Origin: Histomonas meleagridis 2922-C6/04-290x
Lineage: Eukaryota; Protista; Parabasalia
NCBI GenBank assembly: GCA_020184695.1
Contig: JAANOX010000270.1
Span: forward strand, 89,659-153,658
Reading direction: 5' to 3'
DNA length: 64,000 bases
A program made the position numbers and the translations under genes. Numbering within the stretch: the first letter of the stretch is position 1; every line of letters starts with the position of its first letter. The notes below the pieces were generated by a model, which was given only the letters and a program-made list of their open reading frames with translations, did not search any database and was not told the origin of the DNA. Shown piece by piece: positions 11,192-22,576 of the stretch.

Positions 11192-13258
11192 TTGCTAAAC
11201 AATTACAGGAGATCAATTGATAATAGTATCAAAAGGATCGTAGTTAGTCACAGGCCTTCTTCTTGTAGGACATCTCTTAAACCAAAAATTTTACCTCTTT
11301 CCTATAAAACTGATATCGACCTTGAAGATGCCCGCCAAGTCTATATAAAAAAATGTGAAGGGCTTGATGTACCAAAAAATGCCAATTCAGAAAATCGATT
11401 TATTGAGCAATTCATGTCATCTATAAAAAATAAATCGTTATTATTTTGTAATCAGGCACTAGGTCCTTTTGGTATTTTAGCGCTTCTTGATATTATTTCT
11501 AAAACAAAGAAATATGTTTTACTTGATTTATCCATGAATCGTGCAATTGATCAAGGTGCATTCTATATTTCGCAATTTCTATCAACAGACCCACCTATCA
11601 TCAGCTTAATTCTCAGGTCAAATTCGATTTCTATTGAAGGATCTATTACTCTTTTTCAAAGTCTTCACCAAAATACACATCTTGCATTTTTAGATTTATC
11701 GGCTATTGATGGGATTGAACGAAATCGCATGGGTACGCAAGGTTGCAAAGAACTTATGGATTTATTACTTGTTAACCAAGTTCTTTCTCATTTAAACATC
11801 TCAATGTGTGGAGTAACCGTTGAAGGCTGCACTTTTTTGGCAAATGCATTATCAAAAAGTTCATCACTTATTTCACTTGACATTTCAGGAAATAACATCA
11901 CTTCACAAGGAGCAATAAATCTTTTTTCTAATGAAGGCTGTTTTGGGAATCTTGAATATCTTAATTTATCTAAGAATCAAATTGGTGATAAATTTTCTAA
12001 TATTTTATGTAAGCAAATATCATTAAATAATACACTTAATTCATTAGACTTAAGTAATAATAATTTAACAAAAATTACACTTAAGAAATTTATAAAATCA
12101 ATTAAAGGGAAAACATCATTACAACATTTATCATTATCGAATAATAAATTAAATGAAGAATGCTCCGAACTTTTATATTGGTTAATAAGTGAAAACAATT
12201 CGCTTTTAAGTTTAAATTTATCCGGAAATATCTTAAAAGATAAGTCAATACTTCGAATATCAGAAGCATTACTTACTAATAAGGCATTACTAAATATAGA
12301 TATAAGCGAAACACGAATGACTGATATAAGTTCAATTACATTTTCGAATGTAATTACACAAAATAAAACACTTCAAAGATTAATACTTAATGGAAATAAT
12401 ATCACTGATAAAAGTGCAATTCCAATTGCAAAATCACTTATCAATAATTCGACGTTACTTCAATTATCACTTAAGAACAACGAAATGAAAGATGAATCAG
12501 CAAATGCATTTGTCGAATCATTAAAACAAAATCAAGTTATTATTGATATCGATTGTGATTTTAATGATTTCTCTTATAAATCTCATTGTAAACTTATTAA
12601 AGCTATTAATGAACATAAGAAAAAGTTGACAATGAATTCTTATATGGCTACAAATAGACGTATTAAAGTATTAAAAGAAAAAGAATTAAAATTGTTTCAA
12701 TTAAAAGAAGATTTAAAAGAACGTTTCGATTCCGTTAAACAAAATCGTTTAGAAAACGAACAAAAAGAAAAAGAAATAAAACAATTTATTGATGAAAGAG
12801 AAAAAACTATAATTGAAAATGGTCAAAAACTTGAACAATTAAAAATTGATTATAATGAAATATGTGAAAAACGAAAACAACAAATCATTGAATATAATAA
12901 ACTAAAATTAGAAATAGATAATGAACAAAAGTCAACAAATAATATGTTAAATGATATAACAACCAAAAAAAATCACGCTAAATATCGATTAAAAAGAGTG
13001 AAAAATAAAAAAAGTGAAGCGGAATTACATTCAAATCATATTATCGACGATTTGAAATTACATTTATTGTCATCAAGAGCACATTTAAGTACTGTAATTA
13101 ATGAAGCAAAAGAAATACAAAAAGAAATTATAAAAGAACAAAAGGAAAAAGAAGAACAATTAATTGAACAACAAAACGCTATAATCGCTGCACGAAACAT
13201 TAAAACGATTAAAACTCCTTTAATGAAAGAAAGAAAGAAATTATCAAAAACAAAATAA
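11192..13258 (+). CDS. Leucine-rich repeat protein (RI/NLRC3-like LRRs) with C-terminal coiled coil; first ATG at 11414
   Basis: Repeated LxxLDLSxNxI units of about 28 aa; K/E-rich heptad C-terminus. Start codon uncertain (TTG at 11192). Confidence 0.8.
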   Translation: MLNNYRRSIDNSIKRIVVSHRPSSCRTSLKPKILPLSYKTDIDLEDARQVYIKKCEGLDVPKNANSENRFIEQFMSSIKNKSLLFCNQALGPFGILALLDIISKTKKYVLLDLSMNRAIDQGAFYISQFLSTDPPIISLILRSNSISIEGSITLFQSLHQNTHLAFLDLSAIDGIERNRMGTQGCKELMDLLLVNQVLSHLNISMCGVTVEGCTFLANALSKSSSLISLDISGNNITSQGAINLFSNEGCFGNLEYLNLSKNQIGDKFSNILCKQISLNNTLNSLDLSNNNLTKITLKKFIKSIKGKTSLQHLSLSNNKLNEECSELLYWLISENNSLLSLNLSGNILKDKSILRISEALLTNKALLNIDISETRMTDISSITFSNVITQNKTLQRLILNGNNITDKSAIPIAKSLINNSTLLQLSLKNNEMKDESANAFVESLKQNQVIIDIDCDFNDFSYKSHCKLIKAINEHKKKLTMNSYMATNRRIKVLKEKELKLFQLKEDLKERFDSVKQNRLENEQKEKEIKQFIDEREKTIIENGQKLEQLKIDYNEICEKRKQQIIEYNKLKLEIDNEQKSTNNMLNDITTKKNHAKYRLKRVKNKKSEAELHSNHIIDDLKLHLLSSRAHLSTVINEAKEIQKEIIKEQKEKEEQLIEQQNAIIAARNIKTIKTPLMKERKKLSKTK

Positions 13259-13323
13259 AAAAAATGATCTTGAAAAACCGTTAAAATATTGTGAAGTTTA
13301 CAAATGTCACTTTTATCACTGCT

Positions 13324-13978
13324 TCAAGTAAATTGTTGTATAATCCATTTAAACATTTCATTTATGCCTTCACCAGTTTTTGCACTTGTTTCAAAATACT
13401 TAGCGTTAAGTTTCGTTGCCATTTCCATTCCTTCTGTCCAAGTCAATTTAGTTACCACATAAACAAACAACTTTGTTAAATTGTGTAAACATTTCATTAT
13501 AATATGTTATATCATTAAATGTTTTTCTGTGCATTAATAGAAAGATTTCTGTCGAGCAATTTTATGTCTAAATCGAAATTTCGATATTTGGGCTCGAATC
13601 AAATAGTTCAATTTTTGTGTGACAAAAATTTTTGATATACATCCAATTGTAGCTAACATCATATATTTAAATCTGTTATGTAAAAAATATTATACAAATT
13701 AAATTTTTGTTGAATAAAAGGCATTGATGAGAAAAAACTTACAAATTTTATATTTTCCTTTTGATTTAAATAGTTCCATTTCCTTTAAATGGTGGATCAA
13801 GGATACATAACTCATAAAGAATACATCCCATCAATCAAATGTCTGTTTTAAAATCATATCCTTTAAAACCAACAAGTTCAGGTGACATGTAGTGTGGCGT
13901 TCCGATGAATGTGTTACATTGTTGATGAACAGTTTCAAGTGTTTTGACATCATCAAGATCACCAATTCTGATTATATC
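13324..13978 (-). pseudogene. Remnant of NEK-like kinase C-lobe followed by a Rab-like small GTPase C-terminal part
   Basis: TFIGTPHYMSPE...YDFKTDI*LMGCILYELCILDPPFKG at about 13770-13975; GN*IDL and YFETSAKTGEGINEMF at about 13324-13470. Stops and frameshifts; 5' end abuts the stop of ankyrin gene C. Confidence 0.65.
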
Positions 13979-13981
13979 ATT

Positions 13982-15975
13982 TCATAATTTATTATTTCCT
14001 TCTTGAAATATTTTAACTAATTCTATATCACCTTTTTCTGATGCATAGGTGAATGCCGTTTTAAATATTACAAATAATTTCCAAATATTCTTTTAAAATA
14101 TCAAATTCTTAAAATAAAATTTAAATAAAACAAATATATGTTTTTAGAATCAATATCAATTCCTTTTTGTTCAAGAAGTAATTTAACTATTTCTGTACGA
14201 CCATTTGAAGATGCCCAAATAAGTGCTGTATTAAATAATCTGAATAATTTCCAAATATTATTCAAAAATATAAAAACATTAAAATAAATATAAAATAAAA
14301 TAAATAAATATCTTTAGCATTAATATCAATTCCTTTTTGTTCAAGAAGTAATTTAACTATTTCTGTACGACCATTTGAAGATGCCCAAATAAGTGCTGTA
14401 TTAAATAATCTGAATAATTTCCAAATATTATTCAAAAATATAAAAACATTAAAATAAATATAAAATAAAATAAATAAATATCTTTAGCATTAATATCAAT
14501 TCCTTCTTGTTCAAGAAGTAATTTAACTGTTTCTGTATGACCTTCACAAGATGCCCAAATAAGTGCTGTATTAAATAATTTAAATAAATTTCAAATATTA
14601 TTTTGAAATGAGAAATTATTAAAATAAGTATCAAATAAAACAATTAAATATCTTTATCATTAATATCAATTCCTTCTTGTTGAAGTAGTAATTTAACTAT
14701 TTCTGTATAACCTTTTATAGATGCTTCCATAAGTGCTGTATAAAATAATTTAAATAATTTCCAAATATTGTTTAAAAATATAAAAATATTAAAATAAATA
14801 GCTTTAGTATTAATATCAATTCCTTCTTGTTCTAAAATATAATCAACAAGTTCAATATTTCTTGATACAGATGAATGAACCAAAATATTCACAGGAATCT
14901 TATTTGATTTAAGAAAATATTTAACAAGATATATGTTACCAGTTCCTGCTGATTCATTAATAATATCATCATTAATTTTCATTCCTTCTGCAAACAAATC
15001 TGCTAATATCTCATAATTACAATATCGAATACATATTCTTCCTAATTCTTCTAAACTAGTAATTTCTTCCAATTTATTTTCATAAATATATTTAAAGATA
15101 TCATTTCGATGAAATTCTATTGCTGCTTCATATGCACCTTCAAATGTTGAATGATTTCGTTCACATAAATGAATTATCTCAAGATTTCCACCAGCAACTG
15201 CATATTTACCTGTTTTTTCAACATTAGAACCATTCATAAGTAAATATTTAAAACATTTAACTGATGAAAAAAATGCAGCATAATCAATTAATGTAACATC
15301 TCTTTTATTAACAAATGAACATCTTTCATAATACGAAAATTTAATAAGCTGATTAAAATCAAAATTTGTTTGTGATGATATTTCTTGAAGTTTTTTTATT
15401 TCATCATTTCTAATTATTTTTGCTATTTCACCTGGATTAACTCCTTCTTTAGCATATTTTTTCTGAAGTTCAAAATCATTCGCTGATAGGTCTTCCAAAT
15501 GAAGATTTTCATTTGTTAATAATACATTTATTTTATTTAAGTATTTCGAAGACATGTAATGCAAAAAATATGGGTCAAAAATATCTTGTACAAGTTTTGG
15601 TTCAACAAAATTTTGTTCAATCAAATTTTCAAGAAAATAAATTGATTCTCTTGTATTTTTGTCAACAAGAAAATTTATGAACACATCGGAAAATTTTGAT
15701 TTATTACCATTGTTTTTTTCTAATATATCAAATTGCTTTATAAAATTGAAATATAAAGAAAATTCATTGTTTTTTAGAGTAAACGCAGTGCATATTAAAT
15801 TACTAATAAGTATGTGAAAAGACAATGGATAATTTTCATCGAATTTATTGATGATTGAATCGGCGCATTGAATAATATTTTCTTCTTTTAGTCCGAAAAT
15901 AATTTTCTTTAAAGATATGAATTTTTCAAATTCATTATAATATTTATTTATTATTTTTTGCTTGCATTGCTCCAT
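13982..15975 (-). CDS. DUF3447-type ankyrin-repeat gene C, with five spacers (14740-14799, 14570-14649, 14400-14479, 14230-14309, 14060-14139)
   Basis: Same architecture as gene A. Start probably MEQCKQK at 15975 (Inr 15982-15986; upstream ATG at 16080 also in frame). Last module TAFTYASEKGDIELVKIFQEGNNKL*. Confidence 0.7.
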
Positions 15976-16519
15976 TGGGATAATGAGGAACAAAATGAAA
16001 TAAACGGTTTCTAAATCAAACATTAAATAGGAAATCCCAACATAAGAAATGGACCTAACACAAAAAATGGTTTGTTCCATCTCAATGTGTGAATAACAGT
16101 TTTTAAATAGTTTTTGCTCTATTCAATCAAAATGAAAATAATTATTTCAAAATTCCGCATTTTAATAAAACATACTTTAGGATATACCTTAATTAACTAC
16201 AACTTAACAGCATATAAATTTTATGATTTTATTTGTGAAGATTAAATTTCAGTCAATCTTATGATTATATATATTTTGATATTATTCCAGATTTTGATTG
16301 TAACTTTGATTTGTTAGCATTCTCTTTTCTCTCACTTTAGTGTACAATTTCTTGATTCTTATTTGTTCAAATCATTTGCCGAAATTTCCAAATTGAATGA
16401 AAAATTTTTAGTCGAACGTTCTAAACTTTAAAATTTTTGTCAAATTCGTTTTCTTTGAAAAGCAAACAAAGCGCCCAAATTTTGTGAGTTTTGTATTGGC
16501 CGGCCATTTTTTAAATCAA

Positions 16520-17326
16520 ATGGGCTCGAAAGAAGAACCCAAAGAGGATTTACCTCAATATTGGGATTTGCTTTCTTGCGCTGACCGAAATGGGTACAAC
16601 AATTTAAAAATGACATTTAATGCAAGCTCAATAAGAAGAAACAGAGGACATGGAATTGAAACATTTGATGGAATTTTAGAAGCAATAAGAAGATATGCAG
16701 AACAAAGAAACGATAATGATTGGAAGCGTTTTTTGGTGTGTGGTGTTTGTTGGATGGATCAAGCTATTGCAATAAATACAAGGCAATTAAGAAAACTTAT
16801 TTCAAAGTGTAAATCATCTATTAATGGTTCCTTACAAAAGCTTGGATACCTTACAAACACTTCTCATTCAGAATCGTGGAAAATTCTTTTTGCTAGAATT
16901 CCTTTGTTAAAAGATAATTTTACTGAAATCAGGCAGTGGACAATACGTTACAAAGTTTCACCGGGAATAGCAATTCAGAATGAAAATACACAGAATAAAA
17001 TTAATCATAAAATTTTAATAATGCAACAGCCTCCAAATATTAATACAGTTGTTCACCCACTCCAAACAGATATGAACTTTATTCAATTTCCAGTAAATGT
17101 ACCAAATGACCCAATTAAGAAAGAAATTTTATCAGATATGAATCGTGAGCAATTTTCACTTCAAAACAACAATATGACACAAATTGCACCTTTAAGACCT
17201 CCATATACTTCAGAACAGCAAGAAGAAACAAAAGAGAAAATTACAAATGTACAACAAATCCAGATTTGCCCACTAAAGTTTCGTGCCAAGTTTATGCAGT
17301 CGGGGCAGGTTAGCGTTAGAAGTTAA
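16520..17326 (+). CDS. Initiator-binding domain (IBD, IBP39-family) transcription factor
   Basis: RFLVCGVCW, IAINTRQL, KCKSSINGSLQKLGY and EIRQWTIR are diagnostic of the parabasalid IBD winged-helix family; low-complexity Q/N/P tail. Confidence 0.88.
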   Translation: MGSKEEPKEDLPQYWDLLSCADRNGYNNLKMTFNASSIRRNRGHGIETFDGILEAIRRYAEQRNDNDWKRFLVCGVCWMDQAIAINTRQLRKLISKCKSSINGSLQKLGYLTNTSHSESWKILFARIPLLKDNFTEIRQWTIRYKVSPGIAIQNENTQNKINHKILIMQQPPNINTVVHPLQTDMNFIQFPVNVPNDPIKKEILSDMNREQFSLQNNNMTQIAPLRPPYTSEQQEETKEKITNVQQIQICPLKFRAKFMQSGQVSVRS

Positions 17327-17537
17327 TCCTGTGTTTATATTTTTCGAAATAAATTATATTTTCGATATTTTTTTATGATCATAAAAACCCATTCTTCAAC
17401 TTCTAGTAATATTAAGAATTATATGGATTTGTTTCTTTTTGTGTTTTACATGATTTTTTTATGCAAAAATTTTAAAAAAGTGACAATATTTAGAGGTTTT
17501 GACACATCAAATTTTTGATGTTTATATTAATAATCAA

Positions 17538-19979
17538 ATGACATTATCTTTTGCAATTGATTCTCTGGAATCAGCAACAAAATCAGGAAATTTTGATGTT
17601 CATAATGATATCTCGAATATAAGGAAAATTTTGGTTGACGAATATCCAATTAAATTATCAAATCAAGAAATTAAAGAACAAATTTTATACTTATGGAATA
17701 TTGCTGTTAAATTGTCGATGACTATTGATAAGTATGGTGAAGCTGATAAAGCAACTCTTAAACTGTCAGTCATTCCTTCAATACGTGTGTTAGTTGTTGA
17801 TGTATTACAATTATATTTTACAAATTCAGAGAAATATTTAATATTTTATTGTTCAGTTCATACGTATAAAGCTTTATTGGATTCTGGGGACAATGAAAAT
17901 GCGGAAAAACTTTATAATGAAGCTCGTGAACTCTTTGATAAAGTTTCACAATCACCAGAAGCAACACAAACCATAGTACAATTAATTATTTGGAAATGTG
18001 ATTTTTTATTATCACAATATAATTCTGATTCAGCATTAAAACTTCTTCAAAGTTTTTATTCTCAATATGACATTGAATCATCATATTTAATTTCATATAT
18101 TTATGAAGAATCAATTTATTTAAAGTCGATTGAATGGTGTACATTTTGTTTAAATCGAATTGAGAAATCGGAATATTTAAAAGAAAAATGGAATCATCAA
18201 GTTACAACGTTACTAGTTCAACTCTTATTAAATAATAACCAACCAAACGAAGCGATGAGTTATGTACAGAAGTTACCATCTTCATTAAACACATTATATT
18301 TAGAATTAAAATGTTCAATTTTACTTGAAGAACCAAATGAAAACTTAAAGCAAAAAATGATATCTTTTATACAACAATCAAAAAATGATTATCGACTTTT
18401 AGTTGCTTTATGTTTCTTTGTATCAGATAATTATGAAAAAATTCAAAACATTGCAATTAGTTTTTTTACAGAAGTAATTAATATCAAAAATATTCCAATC
18501 GAATTAATGAAACATATTTGGATATCTTCGATACAAATTTCATGTAAATCAAATGATATTAATTTCTTAAATAGTTTCATCAATATAATACATGATTTAA
18601 ATAATAATGAAAGAAAAGAAATCGCCGGAATTTTATGGAATAAAGCATTGGAATCTTTCGATGATGCTGATTTCCCAATCGCTACACAATGGATGAGTTT
18701 TTCGAGGAGTTTTGTTGCTGATGATGATTATCAATCTCAATCACGATGTTTTAGATTTATGTCACGTTGTATGTATGAAAGTAATGAGTTTTCGACTGCT
18801 TTATCATTTGTTGATGAAGCAATTCTAAGAGAACCTGAATCAGAACATAATTATCTAATGAAATATAAAATTTTAAAGAAAATTGGAAATGAAAAAGAAT
18901 CAAAAGAAATGATTCAAAACCTTTTAAAGTCATCGCCTTATTTAGAAAAGTTTTCTGCAGTTTTTTATACGTCATTATCTGCAGAGTTATATGAAATTAA
19001 AGATCTTCAATTATCATTACAAGTTTTAATTACAATATTCGATTTAAATATACAAATTCCTGACGATTTATATCCAAATATTATAATTTCGACATTTTCA
19101 ATTATACAAAGTATTGATGACTTATCAAATTCATATAAAATTTTTCGAATTATTTCTGAACATTGGAATATTAATATTAATTTTGATAAGTCTTATCATA
19201 CTGCTTTTATGAGTCTTGCTTATAATAGTGGTATTTTATATGCTCAAAAAAGAAAATGGGAAAATTCCGCTTATTGTTTTTTATGTGGTGCAAAATTTTC
19301 TGGGAATTTCATTGACTTAAAGTTACAATGTATATTTAAAGCAATCGAAAGTTTTTTACAAACACATGAAACTAATAATATACAAAGAGCAAATTCAATA
19401 ATTAATGAATATTCAGCAATAATTAATTCATGTGAATCACAAAGACAAAAAGATTTACTTATTCTTTCTAAAATCGAAGTATTAATATGTCAAAAAATTT
19501 CCGAAGATGAAATTATCGAATTAATTGAAACTATTACATCATCAGATGTTATACGGCAAGCGAGTAATTTCATATGTGAATATGATACACAATTAAATGT
19601 AATAAAATCATTGTTAAAAAGAGCAGAAAGAATTAGTTCTAATTGTGAAGTAATATTATCAATTTATCATCAATTTGTAATTAAAACAACTTCTTTAACT
19701 GATTTAAAAATTATTTATGAACAAATAATTGAATATATCAATGAAAATATAAATGAAATTAAATCAGATCAAATCCAATTCTTTATGGCACATGGTTGGA
19801 ATATAGGAATACAATTAATTCGATCACAAAAGATTAAAGAAGGCGAATGGTGGTTAAGTATAGCATTACAAATAATGAAAACTAATAATGAACTTATTGA
19901 AACATATTCGAAGAATATGGAAGAAAGTTATTCAAGTTTCTTAACACAAGCAAAATCACAATTAACATTTTGTTTTTAA
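17538..19979 (+). CDS. ZIP4: TPR/alpha-solenoid protein resembling meiotic ZIP4/SPO22/TEX11
   Basis: N-terminal LWN...LLDSG...AEKLYNEA block and ILWNKALESFDDADFPIATQWMSFS...RCFRFMSRCMYE...ALSFVDEA block resemble TEX11/ZIP4 conserved segments (recognised by eye). Confidence 0.62.
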   Translation: MTLSFAIDSLESATKSGNFDVHNDISNIRKILVDEYPIKLSNQEIKEQILYLWNIAVKLSMTIDKYGEADKATLKLSVIPSIRVLVVDVLQLYFTNSEKYLIFYCSVHTYKALLDSGDNENAEKLYNEARELFDKVSQSPEATQTIVQLIIWKCDFLLSQYNSDSALKLLQSFYSQYDIESSYLISYIYEESIYLKSIEWCTFCLNRIEKSEYLKEKWNHQVTTLLVQLLLNNNQPNEAMSYVQKLPSSLNTLYLELKCSILLEEPNENLKQKMISFIQQSKNDYRLLVALCFFVSDNYEKIQNIAISFFTEVINIKNIPIELMKHIWISSIQISCKSNDINFLNSFINIIHDLNNNERKEIAGILWNKALESFDDADFPIATQWMSFSRSFVADDDYQSQSRCFRFMSRCMYESNEFSTALSFVDEAILREPESEHNYLMKYKILKKIGNEKESKEMIQNLLKSSPYLEKFSAVFYTSLSAELYEIKDLQLSLQVLITIFDLNIQIPDDLYPNIIISTFSIIQSIDDLSNSYKIFRIISEHWNININFDKSYHTAFMSLAYNSGILYAQKRKWENSAYCFLCGAKFSGNFIDLKLQCIFKAIESFLQTHETNNIQRANSIINEYSAIINSCESQRQKDLLILSKIEVLICQKISEDEIIELIETITSSDVIRQASNFICEYDTQLNVIKSLLKRAERISSNCEVILSIYHQFVIKTTSLTDLKIIYEQIIEYINENINEIKSDQIQFFMAHGWNIGIQLIRSQKIKEGEWWLSIALQIMKTNNELIETYSKNMEESYSSFLTQAKSQLTFCF

Positions 19980-20002
19980 AATTTTTAAAGAAAATAACAG
20001 AT

Positions 20003-22576
20003 TTATTTAAAGGAAGAGAAATGAAGAATTTCGGCAACTTCATTATATAATTCAATTGACTTATTTACATCAAGGAAATTACTCAATGCTTTTACATTTA
20101 ACAAAAATAATTCGAAATCATTTTGTAAAGATATTGTAGATCTATACCAACCAGATTTTAATCTTTCTGATATAAAGTTTAAATCCATTGGTTGTATGAT
20201 GAAACTTGTATCGAAATTACTAATATCATTAAATTCATTATATTTTTCTTTGGTAAAAATTGGATATAACGTTTGAAGCCAACCATTATTTGAAGAAGGT
20301 TTAACAATTGAACCAATATTTATTCCATCAATACTTAATAAGTCCCATGGAGAAATTTTGATGACTCTCGAATTATTTGTCATTATAGTAATTGATTGAT
20401 AAATCGAACGAAGATAATTTTGATTAACAGAAATAACTTCACCATAACAACATTTTGAATTTAATTCGAATTCAACTTTTTGTCCTCGAGAAAGATCTTC
20501 TAATAAACCTAAATAAGTATTAAATGAAGAAAGTGGGAAAAGACAATCACATTCTGAATCATATGAATATGTAATTTGAAATGAAAAATTAGTGTTTTGA
20601 CTTACATTTAATGTTACAAGAAATCCTAAATTTATTGGTTCTAATCTTAAAATTTTAGCACGAGTAATTTCAGGAAAAGTTATACCTGATAAAGATTGAG
20701 GTATATCAGAGTTTAAACTATGAAGATATATTACATCATCACCAACTTCAGGAATATAAACTTTCGATAATAATGATATTACCCATGGAGGTCTATTATA
20801 TTTATTAAATGGTTCATAAATATTAAAATGATTCAAATTACATTCAATGAATTGATTATTATTATCATTAAATAATATAATTGTATCATTCGAAGTTTCT
20901 TCAATTGTTTGAAGATTTTCTAATGTTTCTTCTTTAGGAAAATCGAAATCTTCATCTTCAATATTAAATGGATTTAAAGGACGAACATATTGAAGTTGTA
21001 TATGTTCCGGTGGTTGAGGAACTATAATATTTTCTGGTTGTTGTATCATTGGATTAACAGTATTAATATCTAATAATGAATGAGCTAAATGTTCTTCTAA
21101 TTCATTACATCTTTCATTATATGATAAATCAACATCAATTTGGAAATTCATTGATGAATCCTTATCAAAGATTGGTGATGATAATTTACAAATTTTAGTA
21201 ATACATTCACCAATACTAAAGTTTAATAATATGATATTACCCATAACATCTGATGCTATTATATATTTCCCACATTTACTCCATTGAATTTCGACAAGTT
21301 CAACATTCGATTGTTTATGTACCCACGTTGTAAGTAATTTTGGTTCATAAAAATCCCAAACAGAAAACACATTTCGATTAGTCGAAAACACGACAATGTT
21401 ATTAATCTTTGGATGAATTGCAACTAATTCGACTCCTTCAGTAATACTTTTTTCATCTGGAAGTTGCGATATTATTTTACCAATAACTGTATCATATATT
21501 ATAATATTTGTTTTCCGTACAATAATCGCTAAATGATCATCATTATCCCAAACAATTTCAACTATTGGACAAGTTTTCCGTGATGGTGACTTAAATATAT
21601 TCGCTGGTATAAATCCATTTTGTTCTAATTTCCAAATAACCATTGATCCATCTTCTACTGAATATGTTAATACTTTAGGTGCCATCCCATGTGGTGATGG
21701 ATAAAGTCTTTTCGAAAATGTTACATACATAACACTTCCAGTATGATATCGTAATTCATATTTCTTCGATGTAGATATCGAATATAAAATGACATGATTA
21801 GGATCACTCGTATATCCTATAAATTCTGATCCTGGTGAAAATGAAACCCAATCAATCGGATTACCTTCTGGAGAAATAATTTTGATATACGTATTCTTTG
21901 ATTGCATTAAATCTTCAATCTTTATGATATATAATGTACCATCTCCATATGTAACACTTAAATATTTACCATCCGGTGAAAAATTGGAATAATACACTGG
22001 CGATTGTGATAAATAATCAACGTTACATAACATTTGTCCATCATTTAATGACCATAAAATTATTGATCCATCATGTGATGAAGATAATAATATCGAAGAT
22101 GTACAATCAATAGAAACACTAACAACAACACTTGAATTATGTTGGAAAGTACAGATTTCTTGTATAAATGGTAGCCGAAATAATTTGATGGTACTATCAT
22201 CAGAACCTGTAACAAAATATCGCGATAATGGATCAAACGCAATGCAATAGATGGCTTTGGAATGAACTTGTTTGCAGTCAATCAGTCGAAGTACACAATT
22301 TTGATTGTCGGAGATTTCAGGAAATGGTGTTAACCTTCGAAACAAAGACGGATAGTCATCACTTGGAGCTAATGTTTTGAGAAATGTTAGGAATTGATCT
22401 GGATGAAAATTTCGATATTTTACATCAAGTGCTTCATCAAGTGAATTACAACCATTCGGAAGTAACTGGTTTGAAATACAATACTCTTGAAGCCTTGCAT
22501 ACACATTTGGATTCCTCTGTCTGATATAATGTGATATTAGAACGCATAAGTCTTTACGAATTTGTAATTCATCCAT
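20003..22576 (-). CDS. BRWD1/PHIP-like WD40 plus bromodomain protein
   Basis: HSKAIYCIAFDPLSRYFVTGSDD, YIPEVGDDVIY, ISPWDL and bromodomain-like QPMDLNFISERLKSGWY; domain order matches the BRWD family. Confidence 0.78.
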   Translation of the reverse strand: MDELQIRKDLCVLISHYIRQRNPNVYARLQEYCISNQLLPNGCNSLDEALDVKYRNFHPDQFLTFLKTLAPSDDYPSLFRRLTPFPEISDNQNCVLRLIDCKQVHSKAIYCIAFDPLSRYFVTGSDDSTIKLFRLPFIQEICTFQHNSSVVVSVSIDCTSSILLSSSHDGSIILWSLNDGQMLCNVDYLSQSPVYYSNFSPDGKYLSVTYGDGTLYIIKIEDLMQSKNTYIKIISPEGNPIDWVSFSPGSEFIGYTSDPNHVILYSISTSKKYELRYHTGSVMYVTFSKRLYPSPHGMAPKVLTYSVEDGSMVIWKLEQNGFIPANIFKSPSRKTCPIVEIVWDNDDHLAIIVRKTNIIIYDTVIGKIISQLPDEKSITEGVELVAIHPKINNIVVFSTNRNVFSVWDFYEPKLLTTWVHKQSNVELVEIQWSKCGKYIIASDVMGNIILLNFSIGECITKICKLSSPIFDKDSSMNFQIDVDLSYNERCNELEEHLAHSLLDINTVNPMIQQPENIIVPQPPEHIQLQYVRPLNPFNIEDEDFDFPKEETLENLQTIEETSNDTIILFNDNNNQFIECNLNHFNIYEPFNKYNRPPWVISLLSKVYIPEVGDDVIYLHSLNSDIPQSLSGITFPEITRAKILRLEPINLGFLVTLNVSQNTNFSFQITYSYDSECDCLFPLSSFNTYLGLLEDLSRGQKVEFELNSKCCYGEVISVNQNYLRSIYQSITIMTNNSRVIKISPWDLLSIDGINIGSIVKPSSNNGWLQTLYPIFTKEKYNEFNDISNFDTSFIIQPMDLNFISERLKSGWYRSTISLQNDFELFLLNVKALSNFLDVNKSIELYNEVAEILHFSSFK

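Noticed and set aside
13982-14799. Programmed -1 frameshifting as the way through the 80-nt spacers
   Set aside because: Works arithmetically for 80 nt and for some A copies, but several spacers have stops in both relevant frames, the 100-nt copy needs the opposite shift, and a 27-aa hydrophobic insert would disrupt ankyrin stacking.
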